41,788 bases of DNA from an uncultured Bdellovibrionales bacterium (GCA_964496065.1 CAZBXD010000006.1:1-41788), one strand, 5' to 3'. Counted from the stretch's first letter, positions 9,255 through 18,873 are shown. Notes: generated by a model not told the origin, from the sequence alone. Numbers and translations: made by a program.

Positions 9255-10871
9255 TTAGTTATTATTATCTGAACTACCACTCGATGTACTTCCTGATGTA
9301 TTGACGGAAATACTTTCGTTATTAAAATTAAACGACCGATCAAAAACCAGAAGAACAGAGTTTCTGCTACCGATTAGTTCAACACCATCTGGGACAATTT
9401 TTGTAATCCAACGCGATCCACCGATGACTTGAACTTCACCATCATGCACAATCAGACGTCCACGTGGCCCTGAAATAACAGCACGATTACGTGCATGTGA
9501 TGTTACTTTGAACCCATTGAGTGAGGTAGCATCCCCAGAACCAAGCGAAAGTCCTAATGATTTAGAAGGTGATCTTGATACTTTTGGTGAAACCTCTGAT
9601 TTTTCAGAAACAGCCGCTTCTTCTATCGATAGGCGACTCAGTTTTGGAACATCTTCAATTCCAGAGAGAGACATCACGGGCAAATCACTCTCCACAGGTT
9701 GAACAGCTGCCCCACGAATAGGTAAAACAAGAATACCCCGTGCACCAGTATGAGCAATTTTTATATCATCAATAATAGGCCCTTCACGACGTGGTAACCA
9801 ATTAACAGTCAATGGGCACGCATCTGTTGGCTCAAGAAATGTCCCTTTGGCACATCCCCCCGCGGCAATTGATAATCCATTATCAGAACCTGCTAAATTG
9901 ATAGAATTCAATGTGACAGATGAATCACCATTATTAACCAAACTCACTGTGATAGAGGCTGCCCCATCTACTTCATCTTCAAAATCAATCTCTTCTCGAT
10001 CTGCAATAATAAGACCCAGCCCAGGGACTGGATCTGGAAAACGTGATGCTGTTGATTGTTTTGTTGGCTGGTAATCCCCTTTCACACCAATACTGACAAC
10101 CCCGGTTGGCCCATCATGGCGAACAACCACCAGCCCTTCGACCTTCCCCTGGATAGACGGTGCCCAAGTTACAGAAGCAATACATGACTGGCCAGGAATT
10201 AATGTTACACAATCAATCGCAGTAACTTCAAAACCACTTGAATTTGGTGCAACAAGATCAATTGAATAAATGTTAATATCAGAAGAAGTTGGATTGCGTA
10301 AAACAATTGAACGAACGAGTGGACTACGACTATTAAGAGTACCAAAATCTATTTCTTTGGGCAGCGATTCAATTGTTGTCCCTGATAGATCACCACCGCG
10401 ACTAGTTGCTCCACCAACAACCCCTGTAATTGCAGCTGTTGAAAGCTTTGAACGCGCATCATGGTTTAAAAGCATCCCAACACGATATTCACCGGAACTA
10501 TTTCCCTGGATTGTAATTGTAATTGCACATTCGACACCCGGTTGAATTGGCCCTTTTGAACACTGATTAACGCCGATTGTTGTCGAGACATTTGACGAAG
10601 GGATTAATTCCAAATCTTCTAAATTAATTGGTTGGCCACTCGTGTTTTTGAATAAACTAATAACCTCAACTGTACCACCAACTTCAATCACACCCCCTTC
10701 CATTTCAGGGCGTGTTGGCGTTAAATCCTGCCCACCCGCTGCACTGCCCACTAGGGGGGGATCTTCAAACCCGCTAGTTTGCGCCCACGCATACTGAATG
10801 GTTGATACCCCTAGTATCATACACGATAAAATTATTACTAACTGGGCTTTAAACCCTTTGTATTTTATCAT
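9255..10871 (-). CDS. Exported protein with three Ig-like (ASH/choice-of-anchor-D-like) domains and a C-terminal PilP/GspC-like domain
   Basis: GAGGAGG RBS before ATG 10871; signal peptide ending AWA|Q; three repeats with a Cys pair (CSKGPIQPGVEC, CVTLIPGQSC, CAKGTFLEPTDAC); tail FKVTSHARNRAVISGPRGRLIVHDGE...WITKIVPDGVEL. Confidence 0.65.
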   Translation of the reverse strand: MIKYKGFKAQLVIILSCMILGVSTIQYAWAQTSGFEDPPLVGSAAGGQDLTPTRPEMEGGVIEVGGTVEVISLFKNTSGQPINLEDLELIPSSNVSTTIGVNQCSKGPIQPGVECAITITIQGNSSGEYRVGMLLNHDARSKLSTAAITGVVGGATSRGGDLSGTTIESLPKEIDFGTLNSRSPLVRSIVLRNPTSSDINIYSIDLVAPNSSGFEVTAIDCVTLIPGQSCIASVTWAPSIQGKVEGLVVVRHDGPTGVVSIGVKGDYQPTKQSTASRFPDPVPGLGLIIADREEIDFEDEVDGAASITVSLVNNGDSSVTLNSINLAGSDNGLSIAAGGCAKGTFLEPTDACPLTVNWLPRREGPIIDDIKIAHTGARGILVLPIRGAAVQPVESDLPVMSLSGIEDVPKLSRLSIEEAAVSEKSEVSPKVSRSPSKSLGLSLGSGDATSLNGFKVTSHARNRAVISGPRGRLIVHDGEVQVIGGSRWITKIVPDGVELIGSRNSVLLVFDRSFNFNNESISVNTSGSTSSGSSDNNN

Positions 10872-11029
10872 TCCAACAGCCTCCTCAGCCGCATCTTCTT
10901 TCGTTGGAACTTGAGAGGAGAATCCCCAAATCTTGATATACGGATACACGACACCGCATTATTAATTTCTACGTCAAAAGGATTAAGAAAGTTTCAATTT
11001 TGCCCAATTTTTAGGGACTTAGCCAAAAT

Positions 11030-12655
11030 TTATTGATTCATTGGCTTACGCGTTATATCTCGTGGCGCCGCATCTGAAGTTAAATCACTCAAATAATCTA
11101 ATAAAGATTGCGTTTCTGGAGCCGATTCAGTCTGATCGATCAACATGTTGTCTAGTTTTTCAACCTCATCATCGGTCAATGGCGCCGGTCTAATTTTTTT
11201 AGACCGCGTATAAGCGCCTGTTGATGGGGGGGTGCCGATATTCGTCTTTATCAGATAGTCATTAGCCAGAACTTCTGCATTATCTGGCACATGATCAGTA
11301 TAAATAATCACACGTGGACGCATCATGTAAACTAGCTCAGAATTTGCAGCTCCTGTTGAGCGACGCGTTGAAAACAATGGGTTTGCGACCCCTGGCCCTT
11401 CATTGTCATAATCATCTCTTTCTTGAACAATTCCACCAATTAACAATGCATCGCCTGGACGGATACGAATGCGAGTTTCAATAACGCGCTCACTCGTTTC
11501 AGGTAACTGAATACTCGTATTACCGACATCAACCGTATCAAGATTGATCAAATCTTGTAGTTCAATAGTCAAATTCCCATAAACAGTTGAGTTATCCCAC
11601 GCACTTTGGATATTGATTGTTAAGCCAGTTTCCAAAGTTGATGTTTCAACAGATAAGTTATCTGAGTCACTGAAGCCCTCATTACTGGTAACCTCGGAGA
11701 TATATTGGCGGGAATTACCGATCCGCATCGTTGCTTCAGAACCGGATAACACCGTAATTTGCGGTTGTGAAACCGTTTTCACAGCCCCCTGGGTTGAAAG
11801 AAAATTAAACACACCATCAAAAGAGAGGTCGCCACTCGTATAGGCCGCACCGACACCAAAAGCACCTGCAATTGTTGGTGTGCCATCCCGTGTAAAGTTC
11901 AAAGCAACGTCACCCGCATTCACATTGAAGGCAGACCAATCAATTCCTGTATCATGTTGATCATTTAAATTGACTTCCCAAATCTGAGTTTCAAAGACAA
12001 TCAGTGCTGTATTTGATCGAAGGCGATCAAAATAGTCCGTTGCTCGGCGATTTGTCCGATGACTGGCTGTGTAGATGATCGAGCGAGTCGTGTTATCAAC
12101 AATAGGTGTTGTCCCTATCACAGCCGCCAAGCCATTAATAAAATCGTCATAGGTTTCTTGAGCAATCGGAGGAAGCGCCACAGTAAATGTTTCTGTTTCC
12201 TTAATCGTTAAAATATCATCCTCGTACGAGCAATAAAGATCAGCAAGGCTACACATGCGTGCTACAACTTTATCGACTGATCCGCGCAACCCAGAAATTG
12301 TGATTGTTCGTGTCAGAGCCTCATCCGTCTCAAAGGCAAGAGGAATATTATAATCTGCCAAAACGAACTGTAAAGCAGCCGCTAACGTTTCAGAGCGCAA
12401 CTCAAACGGCCCAATTTCCTCATCAGGAAAGTCGCCGTTATTAGCCACTTTTGGGCGTAAAACATCCTCATCTAACTCGACATAAACGATTGATTGTTGC
12501 TGTTGATTAACTGATTGAAACCTTTCAGATGGTTCAGCAGCTTCAGGAATATTAATTGTGCGACGCCCGGGGACATCGGTTGGCGCACAAGCCGAGATAA
12601 CATATATCAATGCGAGAGCAAACGGTCCACAATAATATTTACTCCATCGCTGCAT
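11030..12655 (-). CDS. Lipoprotein secretin (BfpB/PilN/MshL-like)
   Basis: Lipobox ISA|C; FETQIWEVNL...GIDW, VSQPQITVLSGSEATMRIG, GDALLIGG, SELVYMMRPRVI; ATG 12655 immediately after the upstream stop. Confidence 0.9.
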   Translation of the reverse strand: MQRWSKYYCGPFALALIYVISACAPTDVPGRRTINIPEAAEPSERFQSVNQQQQSIVYVELDEDVLRPKVANNGDFPDEEIGPFELRSETLAAALQFVLADYNIPLAFETDEALTRTITISGLRGSVDKVVARMCSLADLYCSYEDDILTIKETETFTVALPPIAQETYDDFINGLAAVIGTTPIVDNTTRSIIYTASHRTNRRATDYFDRLRSNTALIVFETQIWEVNLNDQHDTGIDWSAFNVNAGDVALNFTRDGTPTIAGAFGVGAAYTSGDLSFDGVFNFLSTQGAVKTVSQPQITVLSGSEATMRIGNSRQYISEVTSNEGFSDSDNLSVETSTLETGLTINIQSAWDNSTVYGNLTIELQDLINLDTVDVGNTSIQLPETSERVIETRIRIRPGDALLIGGIVQERDDYDNEGPGVANPLFSTRRSTGAANSELVYMMRPRVIIYTDHVPDNAEVLANDYLIKTNIGTPPSTGAYTRSKKIRPAPLTDDEVEKLDNMLIDQTESAPETQSLLDYLSDLTSDAAPRDITRKPMNQ

Positions 12656-12656
12656 T

Positions 12657-13028
12657 TTACCCAACTTTTTTCAATGTGCGCTCAACCATCATAAGAAGAC
12701 GATCTTTTTGAACGGGTTTAATCAAAACACCAACCCCACCAAGCTTATTTGATTGTTCAAGTAAATCACTTTTTTGATCACCTGTCACAAAAATCACCGG
12801 GGTCTCATTACCATTATTCCTCAAATTGCGAATAAAAGTAAACCCACCTACTGGCTCCATCATAACATCAGCAATAATCATATTTGGTTGGCTAACCATT
12901 TGTGTCTCAGCCGCTTGACCATCAATTGCTTCTTCAACCAGATACCCTGCGCCTTTCAAAAATGTTGCGATTTGCGTTCGGACAAAATCATTATCTTCAA
13001 CAACGAGGATTTTTTTATTTTCTGACAT
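12657..13028 (-). CDS. Single-domain response regulator (CheY-like receiver)
   Basis: KILVVEDND, IIADVMMEP, FVTG, LIKP; 123 aa with no output domain. Confidence 0.92.
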   Translation of the reverse strand: MSENKKILVVEDNDFVRTQIATFLKGAGYLVEEAIDGQAAETQMVSQPNMIIADVMMEPVGGFTFIRNLRNNGNETPVIFVTGDQKSDLLEQSNKLGGVGVLIKPVQKDRLLMMVERTLKKVG

Positions 13029-13141
13029 TTGGCTTTACTTGCTATGATTAATGGGAAAACTAGAGAACCCCTCAAGCTATGATATAACCGGAAGTTTATT
13101 AAAGAAAACTTTAAAAATCAGGGTAATGACCGCAATTATTG

Positions 13142-14581
13142 CTAAATTACTTTGGCAATGCGGAGAATATTGGTTGTCCCTGGCGTACCGAAAGGAACAC
13201 CAGCTGTAACAACAATCCGCTCTCCTGGTATTGCAAACTCTTTATCCTTCGCAATAACCAGCGCATTATTAACTGCCTCAGAAAAACGAGAAACTTCATT
13301 AGACACAATTGCACGAATACCATATGACAAAACCAAGCGACGTGCGACATCGCGATCTGGTGTAAGACATAAAATTGGCATCGACGGTCGCTCTCTTGCT
13401 AGACGTGCCGCTGTTGTTCCCATTGTTGTATATGTCACAATCGCCGCCGCTTTGATCTTCTCAGCAACTTGGTTAGCGGCAAAAGCAATCGCGTTGGATG
13501 ATGTTTCATCCAAAACAGGATATTCCATATCCATAACAGCATGATACCGCTCATCTTGTTCAACAGTGTATGCGATACGGTTCATGATTGATACAGCTTC
13601 TACTGGAAATTCACCTGCCGCCGTTTCAGCCGAAAGCATAATCGCATCCGCCCCGTCATAGACGGCCGTTGCAACATCGGATGCCTCCGCACGGGTTGGG
13701 GTCGGTGATGTAATCATTGACTCCAACATTTGAGTGGCAATGACAATCGGTTTACCAGCTTTTCGGCATTTCTGTACAACCATTTTTTGGACCACGGGTA
13801 CTCGTTCAGCTGGAATTTCGACCCCAAGATCCCCCCGCGCTAGCATAATGCCGTCTGATAGCTCAATAATCCCATCAATGTTTTCAACGGCGGATGGTTT
13901 TTCAATTTTAGCCATAACCAGAGCGCGCCCCTTGATAATTTCTTTTGCTTCAGCAATATCCTCTGGTTTTTGTACAAAAGACAAAGCAATCCAATCAACC
14001 GCCATTGATAGCGCATAATCTAAGTCTTTGCGGTCTTTATCAGTCAGGGGCGAACTATTAAGGATGGTATCTGGCAAGTTAACGCCTTTACGATCCATCA
14101 GCTTTTTCCCAACAACCACCTCAGCTAAAAATCGTCCCGCTTCTTTTTGGATAACTTTCATACGAACCTTACCGTCATCAACTAAAAAATTATCCCCGAC
14201 TTGTAAGGAAGTAATAATCTCTGGATGGGGAAGCTGAACACGCGTTTCACTGCCGAGTGTTTCATCGCTATCCAACCAGATTTTATGACCTGGTTTGACA
14301 GCAATTTCACCGTTTTCAAATTTTCCCAAGCGAAGTTTAGGTCCCTGTAAATCAGCTAAAATACAGATTGACCGACCGGTTTCTTTTTCTAGATTCCGAA
14401 TAATATCAAATCGAGCTTGATGTTCTTTATATGATCCATGCGAAAAATTTAGCCGGAATGCATCGGCACCCGCCAAAAATAATTGGCGTAAGGTTTTCTC
14501 ATCTGAAGAAGCTGGCCCTAAGGTTGATAGGATTTTTGTTTGGCAATTACCCCGCACAGAAGTGTCTGTTTTATCGGTCAC
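13142..14581 (-). CDS. pyk: Pyruvate kinase
   Basis: TKILSTLGPAS, RLNFSHG, DLQGPK, AKIEK, MLARGDLGVE, ATQMLESM, MLSAETA. Confidence 0.98.
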   Translation of the reverse strand: MTDKTDTSVRGNCQTKILSTLGPASSDEKTLRQLFLAGADAFRLNFSHGSYKEHQARFDIIRNLEKETGRSICILADLQGPKLRLGKFENGEIAVKPGHKIWLDSDETLGSETRVQLPHPEIITSLQVGDNFLVDDGKVRMKVIQKEAGRFLAEVVVGKKLMDRKGVNLPDTILNSSPLTDKDRKDLDYALSMAVDWIALSFVQKPEDIAEAKEIIKGRALVMAKIEKPSAVENIDGIIELSDGIMLARGDLGVEIPAERVPVVQKMVVQKCRKAGKPIVIATQMLESMITSPTPTRAEASDVATAVYDGADAIMLSAETAAGEFPVEAVSIMNRIAYTVEQDERYHAVMDMEYPVLDETSSNAIAFAANQVAEKIKAAAIVTYTTMGTTAARLARERPSMPILCLTPDRDVARRLVLSYGIRAIVSNEVSRFSEAVNNALVIAKDKEFAIPGERIVVTAGVPFGTPGTTNILRIAKVI

Positions 14582-14647
14582 AGTTACTCACTCTTTATTA
14601 TTTATTTTAAGGAAAGAATGTCCCTATTGCATCAAGGATCCTAGAAT

Positions 14648-15190
14648 CTACTTTTTGCGGAAACTGTCAAGAGAAATTACTTTACCGCTCTTTTCGTCGT
14701 CATCCCCAGTGGTTTTTTTATCGGTGCTTTTTTTATCACTGTCTTCTAGAAGCTCTTCCTGTTCAAACTGAGAAAACTGCTCCGCAAAATCATCGAACTC
14801 ATCATCATAGTCATATTCATCGATGGGTTGAAATTGCAAGGCAAAATTCACCGAAGGGTCAGCAAAAATTGTTACCGATTCTAATGGAATAACAAGACGT
14901 TCCGAGACATTATTAAAGCTAAGCGTTACGACCATTTTTTCTTCATCAACTTCCAAACCATAAAATTGATATTGCAGAACAATCGTCATTTCATCTGGAT
15001 ATTGCTCTTTCAAATAAGCTGGGAGCTCAACACCAGGAAACTGTGTCATAAAGGTAATATAGAAATGGTGGTCGCCGGGTAGGCCATCTTGTATTACATG
15101 GTCTAATGCATGGCGAACAACGCTTCTCAAAGCCTTTTCAACCATCTTATCGTAACGTAAAATCGGATTGAACTCGTCGTGATCATCCAT
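14648..15190 (-). CDS. sspB: ClpXP adaptor SspB (alphaproteobacterial type)
   Basis: GLPGDHHFYITF, YPDEMTIVLQYQF, FADPSVNFALQF, acidic linker and C-terminal KVISLDSFRKK; adjacent to ssrA. Confidence 0.93.
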   Translation of the reverse strand: MDDHDEFNPILRYDKMVEKALRSVVRHALDHVIQDGLPGDHHFYITFMTQFPGVELPAYLKEQYPDEMTIVLQYQFYGLEVDEEKMVVTLSFNNVSERLVIPLESVTIFADPSVNFALQFQPIDEYDYDDEFDDFAEQFSQFEQEELLEDSDKKSTDKKTTGDDDEKSGKVISLDSFRKK

Positions 15191-15274
15191 AATCTATTAT
15201 CCCACAAAAACCATTTTTTCTTACTTCATTTTCCACTATAGCAGGGCGAATCTTAACAAAAACACAATAGAAAA

Positions 15275-15610
15275 TGGGGCAATTCTGTTGCTAGGCCGCC
15301 CCACGCCCCACCTATCCTATTACTAGGTTAGGAATTAAAATGCATGTTCAGCATCCGCGCTTACGCAGCTTTTGCCAAACGACCGCTGTCAGCGACAACG
15401 AAATTATCATTTGCATTTATAAAATGACCCGATATCGGTGGTATCATGCCGAGCAAAAACTAATCCTTTACCACGCGTGTCGATCCTATGTCGCCCCCAC
15501 AGATAGGCCAGCCATAGCTGGCCTATGTGGTGGAGGCGCCGGGTACCGCCCCCGGGTCCACTACGATTATTCCGATCAGCGTTTATCGCCATAGTCCCCG
15601 AGGGAACGAT
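15275..15610 (-). ncRNA. ssrA: Two-piece (circularly permuted) tmRNA
   Basis: Acceptor piece ends GGACCCGGGGGCGGTACCCGGCGCCTCCACCA (3' end 15528); 29-nt intervening segment 15499-15527 with a 10-bp hairpin; coding piece starts GGGGGCGA at 15498; tag frame 15414-15361 ANDNFVVADSGRLAKAA*. Outer ends approximate. Confidence 0.95.
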
Positions 15611-15644
15611 ATGATCATACACGATAATCGTTAAAAAATAAAGC

Positions 15645-15673
15645 TTGCCGACTCACAAAGCGCTCAATAAGAT
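15645..15673 (+). promoter_or_regulatory. Putative sigma70 promoter of thyA-folA
   Basis: TTGCCG-N17-TAAGAT ending 29 nt before the thyA ATG. Confidence 0.5.
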
Positions 15674-15702
15674 TATAGGCATTAATATTTTAAGGGTGAA
15701 TA

Positions 15703-16497
15703 ATGGATCAATATCTTAATCTATTGCGTCATGTACGTGAAAACGGTGAATTTAAAGGCGATCGTACTGGCACAGGAACCTATAGTGTTTTTGGTCATCA
15801 AATGCGTTTTGATCTGCAAAAAGGTTTCCCGGTTGTCACGACAAAAAAACTTCACCTACGCTCTATTATTCATGAATTGTTATGGTTTCTCAGTGGTGAT
15901 ACAAATATCAAATATCTTAAGGAAAATGGGGTAAGGATTTGGGATGAATGGGCCGATGAAAATGGTGACTTAGGACCAGTTTATGGTTATCAATGGCGCT
16001 CCTGGCCAGCCGCAGATGGGTCCCAAATTGATCAGATCAGCAAAGTGGTCGATCAAATTAAAAATAACCCGAATTCCCGCCGTATTATTGTTAGTGCTTG
16101 GAATGTCCCGTATATTGAGGAAATGGCCCTGCCCCCGTGTCATTGTCTTTTCCAGTTTTATGTGAGCAATGGCAAGCTTTCTTGTCAGCTTTATCAGCGC
16201 AGTGCCGATATTTTTCTTGGAGTACCATTTAACATTGCCTCTTATGCACTGCTGACAATGATGCTGGCGCAAGTTTGCGGTCTAGAAGTAGGTGAATTTA
16301 TTCATACCTTTGGCGATGCCCATATCTATTCTAACCATTTAGAGCAAACTGATTTACAATTGACCCGTAAACCCTATCCTCTTCCAAAAATGGAAATTAA
16401 CCCCTATGTCACTGATATATTTGGCTTTAAGTATGAGGATTTTAATCTTGTAGGGTATCAATATCACGAACATATTAAGGCGCCGGTCGCTGTCTAA
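15703..16497 (+). CDS. thyA: Thymidylate synthase
   Basis: [55 protein letters not shown]. Confidence 0.99.
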   Translation: MDQYLNLLRHVRENGEFKGDRTGTGTYSVFGHQMRFDLQKGFPVVTTKKLHLRSIIHELLWFLSGDTNIKYLKENGVRIWDEWADENGDLGPVYGYQWRSWPAADGSQIDQISKVVDQIKNNPNSRRIIVSAWNVPYIEEMALPPCHCLFQFYVSNGKLSCQLYQRSADIFLGVPFNIASYALLTMMLAQVCGLEVGEFIHTFGDAHIYSNHLEQTDLQLTRKPYPLPKMEINPYVTDIFGFKYEDFNLVGYQYHEHIKAPVAV

Positions 16498-17028
16498 ATG
16501 AGTTCTCCTCTGCCTAAGATAGCCATGATTGCCGCGATAGCTGAAAATCGTGTTATTGGAAAAGATAACGCTCTCCTTTGGGATATCCCAAAAGACATGC
16601 AATGGTTTCGTGACAAAACTAAAGGCAAGCCGATCATAATGGGGCGAAAAACCTATGAATCGATCGGGCGCCCTCTGCCCGGGCGCTTGAATATCGTTAT
16701 CACACGGCAAAAAGAATTCGCTGCCGAGGGCGTTCATATTACCCATTCTTATGAAGAAGCGGTTGATATTGGTCTCAAACACGCACAAGAAAATAATTTA
16801 GAGGAGATTTTTATTGTTGGAGGAGAGCAAATATACAAACTTGGCCTCAATAATGCTGATTTTCTTTATTTAACCCATATAGAAGAAATCTATGAGGGCG
16901 ATGCTTTTTTTCCAGAGTTTAATGAAGATAATTGGGACATTATTTTTGCAGAACACCATCCAGAAGAAAAACACGCGCCTGCCTTTACCTTCAAGATTTA
17001 TGCGGCCGCAGGCTCCTCACCTTCTTGA
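16498..17028 (+). CDS. folA: Dihydrofolate reductase
   Basis: AENRVIG, IIMGRKTYESIGRPLPGRLNIV, IVGGEQIY, GDAFFP; abuts thyA stop. Confidence 0.97.
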   Translation: MSSPLPKIAMIAAIAENRVIGKDNALLWDIPKDMQWFRDKTKGKPIIMGRKTYESIGRPLPGRLNIVITRQKEFAAEGVHITHSYEEAVDIGLKHAQENNLEEIFIVGGEQIYKLGLNNADFLYLTHIEEIYEGDAFFPEFNEDNWDIIFAEHHPEEKHAPAFTFKIYAAAGSSPS

Positions 17029-17747
17029 TCGGAAATTTTAGCAAGAAAAGCCCGTTCAAGACTTGTCTCACTTGTTTGTGCCTTAAGTTCAGCTGGTGTT
17101 CCAACAAAAACTATACCACCGTCATGAACGATTCCGATTCGATCGCAGATTTCATCCAAATCAGCCAAGATATGGGAACAAACCATAATTGTTCTGTCTT
17201 TATCCTTGTGGGATAATAAAGCCTCCTTCACCAAAACCCGGGCTCTTGGGTCTAAGCCAGACATCGGTTCATCCAAAATAAGAAGCGGGCATTGGGTAAG
17301 CAAAGTTGCCATTAGCCCTAATTTCTGCCGCATCCCTTTAGAATAGGAAGAAACACGTTTTTGGAGTGCTTCTTTTGCTAGGCCAAGACGCAGAGCCATA
17401 TTAACAATCTCAGCCATGCCAACCTTACGATGATAAAGTTGTTGTGACAGTCGAATAAATTCAACACCTGTCATAAAGGCGGGAGGATCAAATTTCTCAG
17501 GCAAATATGCAGATTTTGCCTTACTATCAAGCGTTGTATTTGATTGCGAAAAAAGCGAAATTTTTCCAGCTTGGGCACTTCTCAATCCTAAAATTGCTTT
17601 GATAAAGGTTGTTTTTCCCTCACCATTTAAGCCAACCAGACCAAATGTTTCACCCGCTTGAACATGAAACGTTACATTAGAAAGTATAGGCGTTTTATCA
17701 TACCCAACAGTAACATTTTCAACGCTAAGAGGGAGAGTATTATTCAT
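16998..17747 (-). CDS. ABC transporter ATP-binding protein (Myxococcus PilH-like)
   Basis: GLNGEGKTT, YSKGMRQK, LILDEPMSGLDP, SH switch; last gene of the pilus operon; 31-nt convergent overlap with folA. Confidence 0.9.
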   Translation of the reverse strand: MNNTLPLSVENVTVGYDKTPILSNVTFHVQAGETFGLVGLNGEGKTTFIKAILGLRSAQAGKISLFSQSNTTLDSKAKSAYLPEKFDPPAFMTGVEFIRLSQQLYHRKVGMAEIVNMALRLGLAKEALQKRVSSYSKGMRQKLGLMATLLTQCPLLILDEPMSGLDPRARVLVKEALLSHKDKDRTIMVCSHILADLDEICDRIGIVHDGGIVFVGTPAELKAQTSETSLERAFLAKISDQEGEEPAAA

Positions 17748-17752
17748 GATTT

Positions 17753-18226
17753 TTAAGTCCCTGGCATCAAGAGGCCGCTATCCAGATCGTAACGCTGATG
17801 TGATCGTAGCGTGATAACCACAACCCTTTGCTGTTTAATATCGAGCCATTTCAGATGGATACGATCACGTTTGACTGTTAAATCAATGACGCGATCTGGA
17901 ATATTAGCTGGTGTTACCCGCTCACCATTAAGCCAAATTGTCCAATCATTACGATCAACATAAACAATTCCAGCAAGAGACAAGACGCGAGGGCCTAGAT
18001 CAACTGGCTCAAACTGATTATTTTCATCAAAGGCTTCTTCAGCAACCAAAACGCCCTGACGGGCTTGTAAAATTGATGTGATTTCATTCGGTGTCATGAA
18101 AAGGGATTTTTGGATTGTCCATTCCACAAATTTTTTCTCAACATCCTGGTTTTCTTCGGCTTCTTGAGCAAAGGCTGAGGATGAGCAAAACATGATAAGC
18201 AAAAGAATAAGAAAGAGGTTTTTCAT
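17753..18226 (-). CDS. Exported PilP/GspB/MshK-like accessory protein
   Basis: Signal peptide AFA|Q; LSLAGIVY...WTIWLNGE beta domain; follows the PilO-like gene. Confidence 0.5.
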   Translation of the reverse strand: MKNLFLILLLIMFCSSSAFAQEAEENQDVEKKFVEWTIQKSLFMTPNEITSILQARQGVLVAEEAFDENNQFEPVDLGPRVLSLAGIVYVDRNDWTIWLNGERVTPANIPDRVIDLTVKRDRIHLKWLDIKQQRVVVITLRSHQRYDLDSGLLMPGT

Positions 18227-18873
18227 TACTGCCCTTCCTCACTGATCTGGCGCTTTTCATCCAAGCTATACCAACCAAAAACTATTTCACCTTTCATAAA
18301 ATCAATCGACTCATTCGTACTGATTTTTGCAAGATTTTCTTTAGTGATCGGGTTAGTACGTTCATAGGTAATTTTTTCGATTATCGTGTGACCAGGAAAT
18401 TCTGCATTAATCATGGATTGCAGTGCCAAAATCTCGAGATCAATCAAAGATGTCATATTCATTGAAACATTACTTTTAATAAGGTCATAGTTCAAAGCGT
18501 ATGAATGATCATGCTCAACATATTGAATTGGCTCAATATTATAGTTTAGCCCTCGAACACCGGAGCGTTTCGTCATATCATCAATGACACTGCGAATAGT
18601 GACACGATCTTGATCCGATATAAACTGTTTTTGCAAGAGGCGCTTAAACTCTTTTTCGTTCTCCTTAAGCTCAGCGAGACGCACTTCAATAGTATTAATG
18701 TCATTACGCAATCGACTGACTTCACTTTTTATAGCTTTATGTTGTCTTTGAGATGCCTCTCCTTCAGGAAGGATATAAAGATAAATTCCAGCCCCGAGAA
18801 TGCCGTTAACAACCAACAAAATAATAAGCTTTAAGAGACGCTGGATCCCAACTGTTTCAACAAGATTGATCAT
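18226..18873 (-). CDS. PilO/GspM-like protein
   Basis: N-terminal TM helix, long coiled coil, alpha/beta periplasmic domain; overlaps both neighbours. Confidence 0.6.
   Translation of the reverse strand: MINLVETVGIQRLLKLIILLVVNGILGAGIYLYILPEGEASQRQHKAIKSEVSRLRNDINTIEVRLAELKENEKEFKRLLQKQFISDQDRVTIRSVIDDMTKRSGVRGLNYNIEPIQYVEHDHSYALNYDLIKSNVSMNMTSLIDLEILALQSMINAEFPGHTIIEKITYERTNPITKENLAKISTNESIDFMKGEIVFGWYSLDEKRQISEEGQ

Noticed and set aside
15499-15527. Hairpin as a terminator, or the ...CCACCA segment as a stand-alone tRNA
   Set aside because: Explained as the intervening segment and acceptor end of the permuted tmRNA; no U-tract and no anticodon arm
15528-15560. Genomic island integrated at ssrA carrying a pilus cluster
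   Set aside because: No integrase and no duplicated ssrA 3' end noticed; sspB and thyA flank ssrA in the native arrangement
15340-15622. ORFs 15340..15594 and 15407..15622
   Set aside because: They overlap the tmRNA gene and have no protein-like features
16998-17028. Convergent folA/ABC overlap as an antisense control system
   Set aside because: Short convergent overlaps are common and nothing else supports regulation
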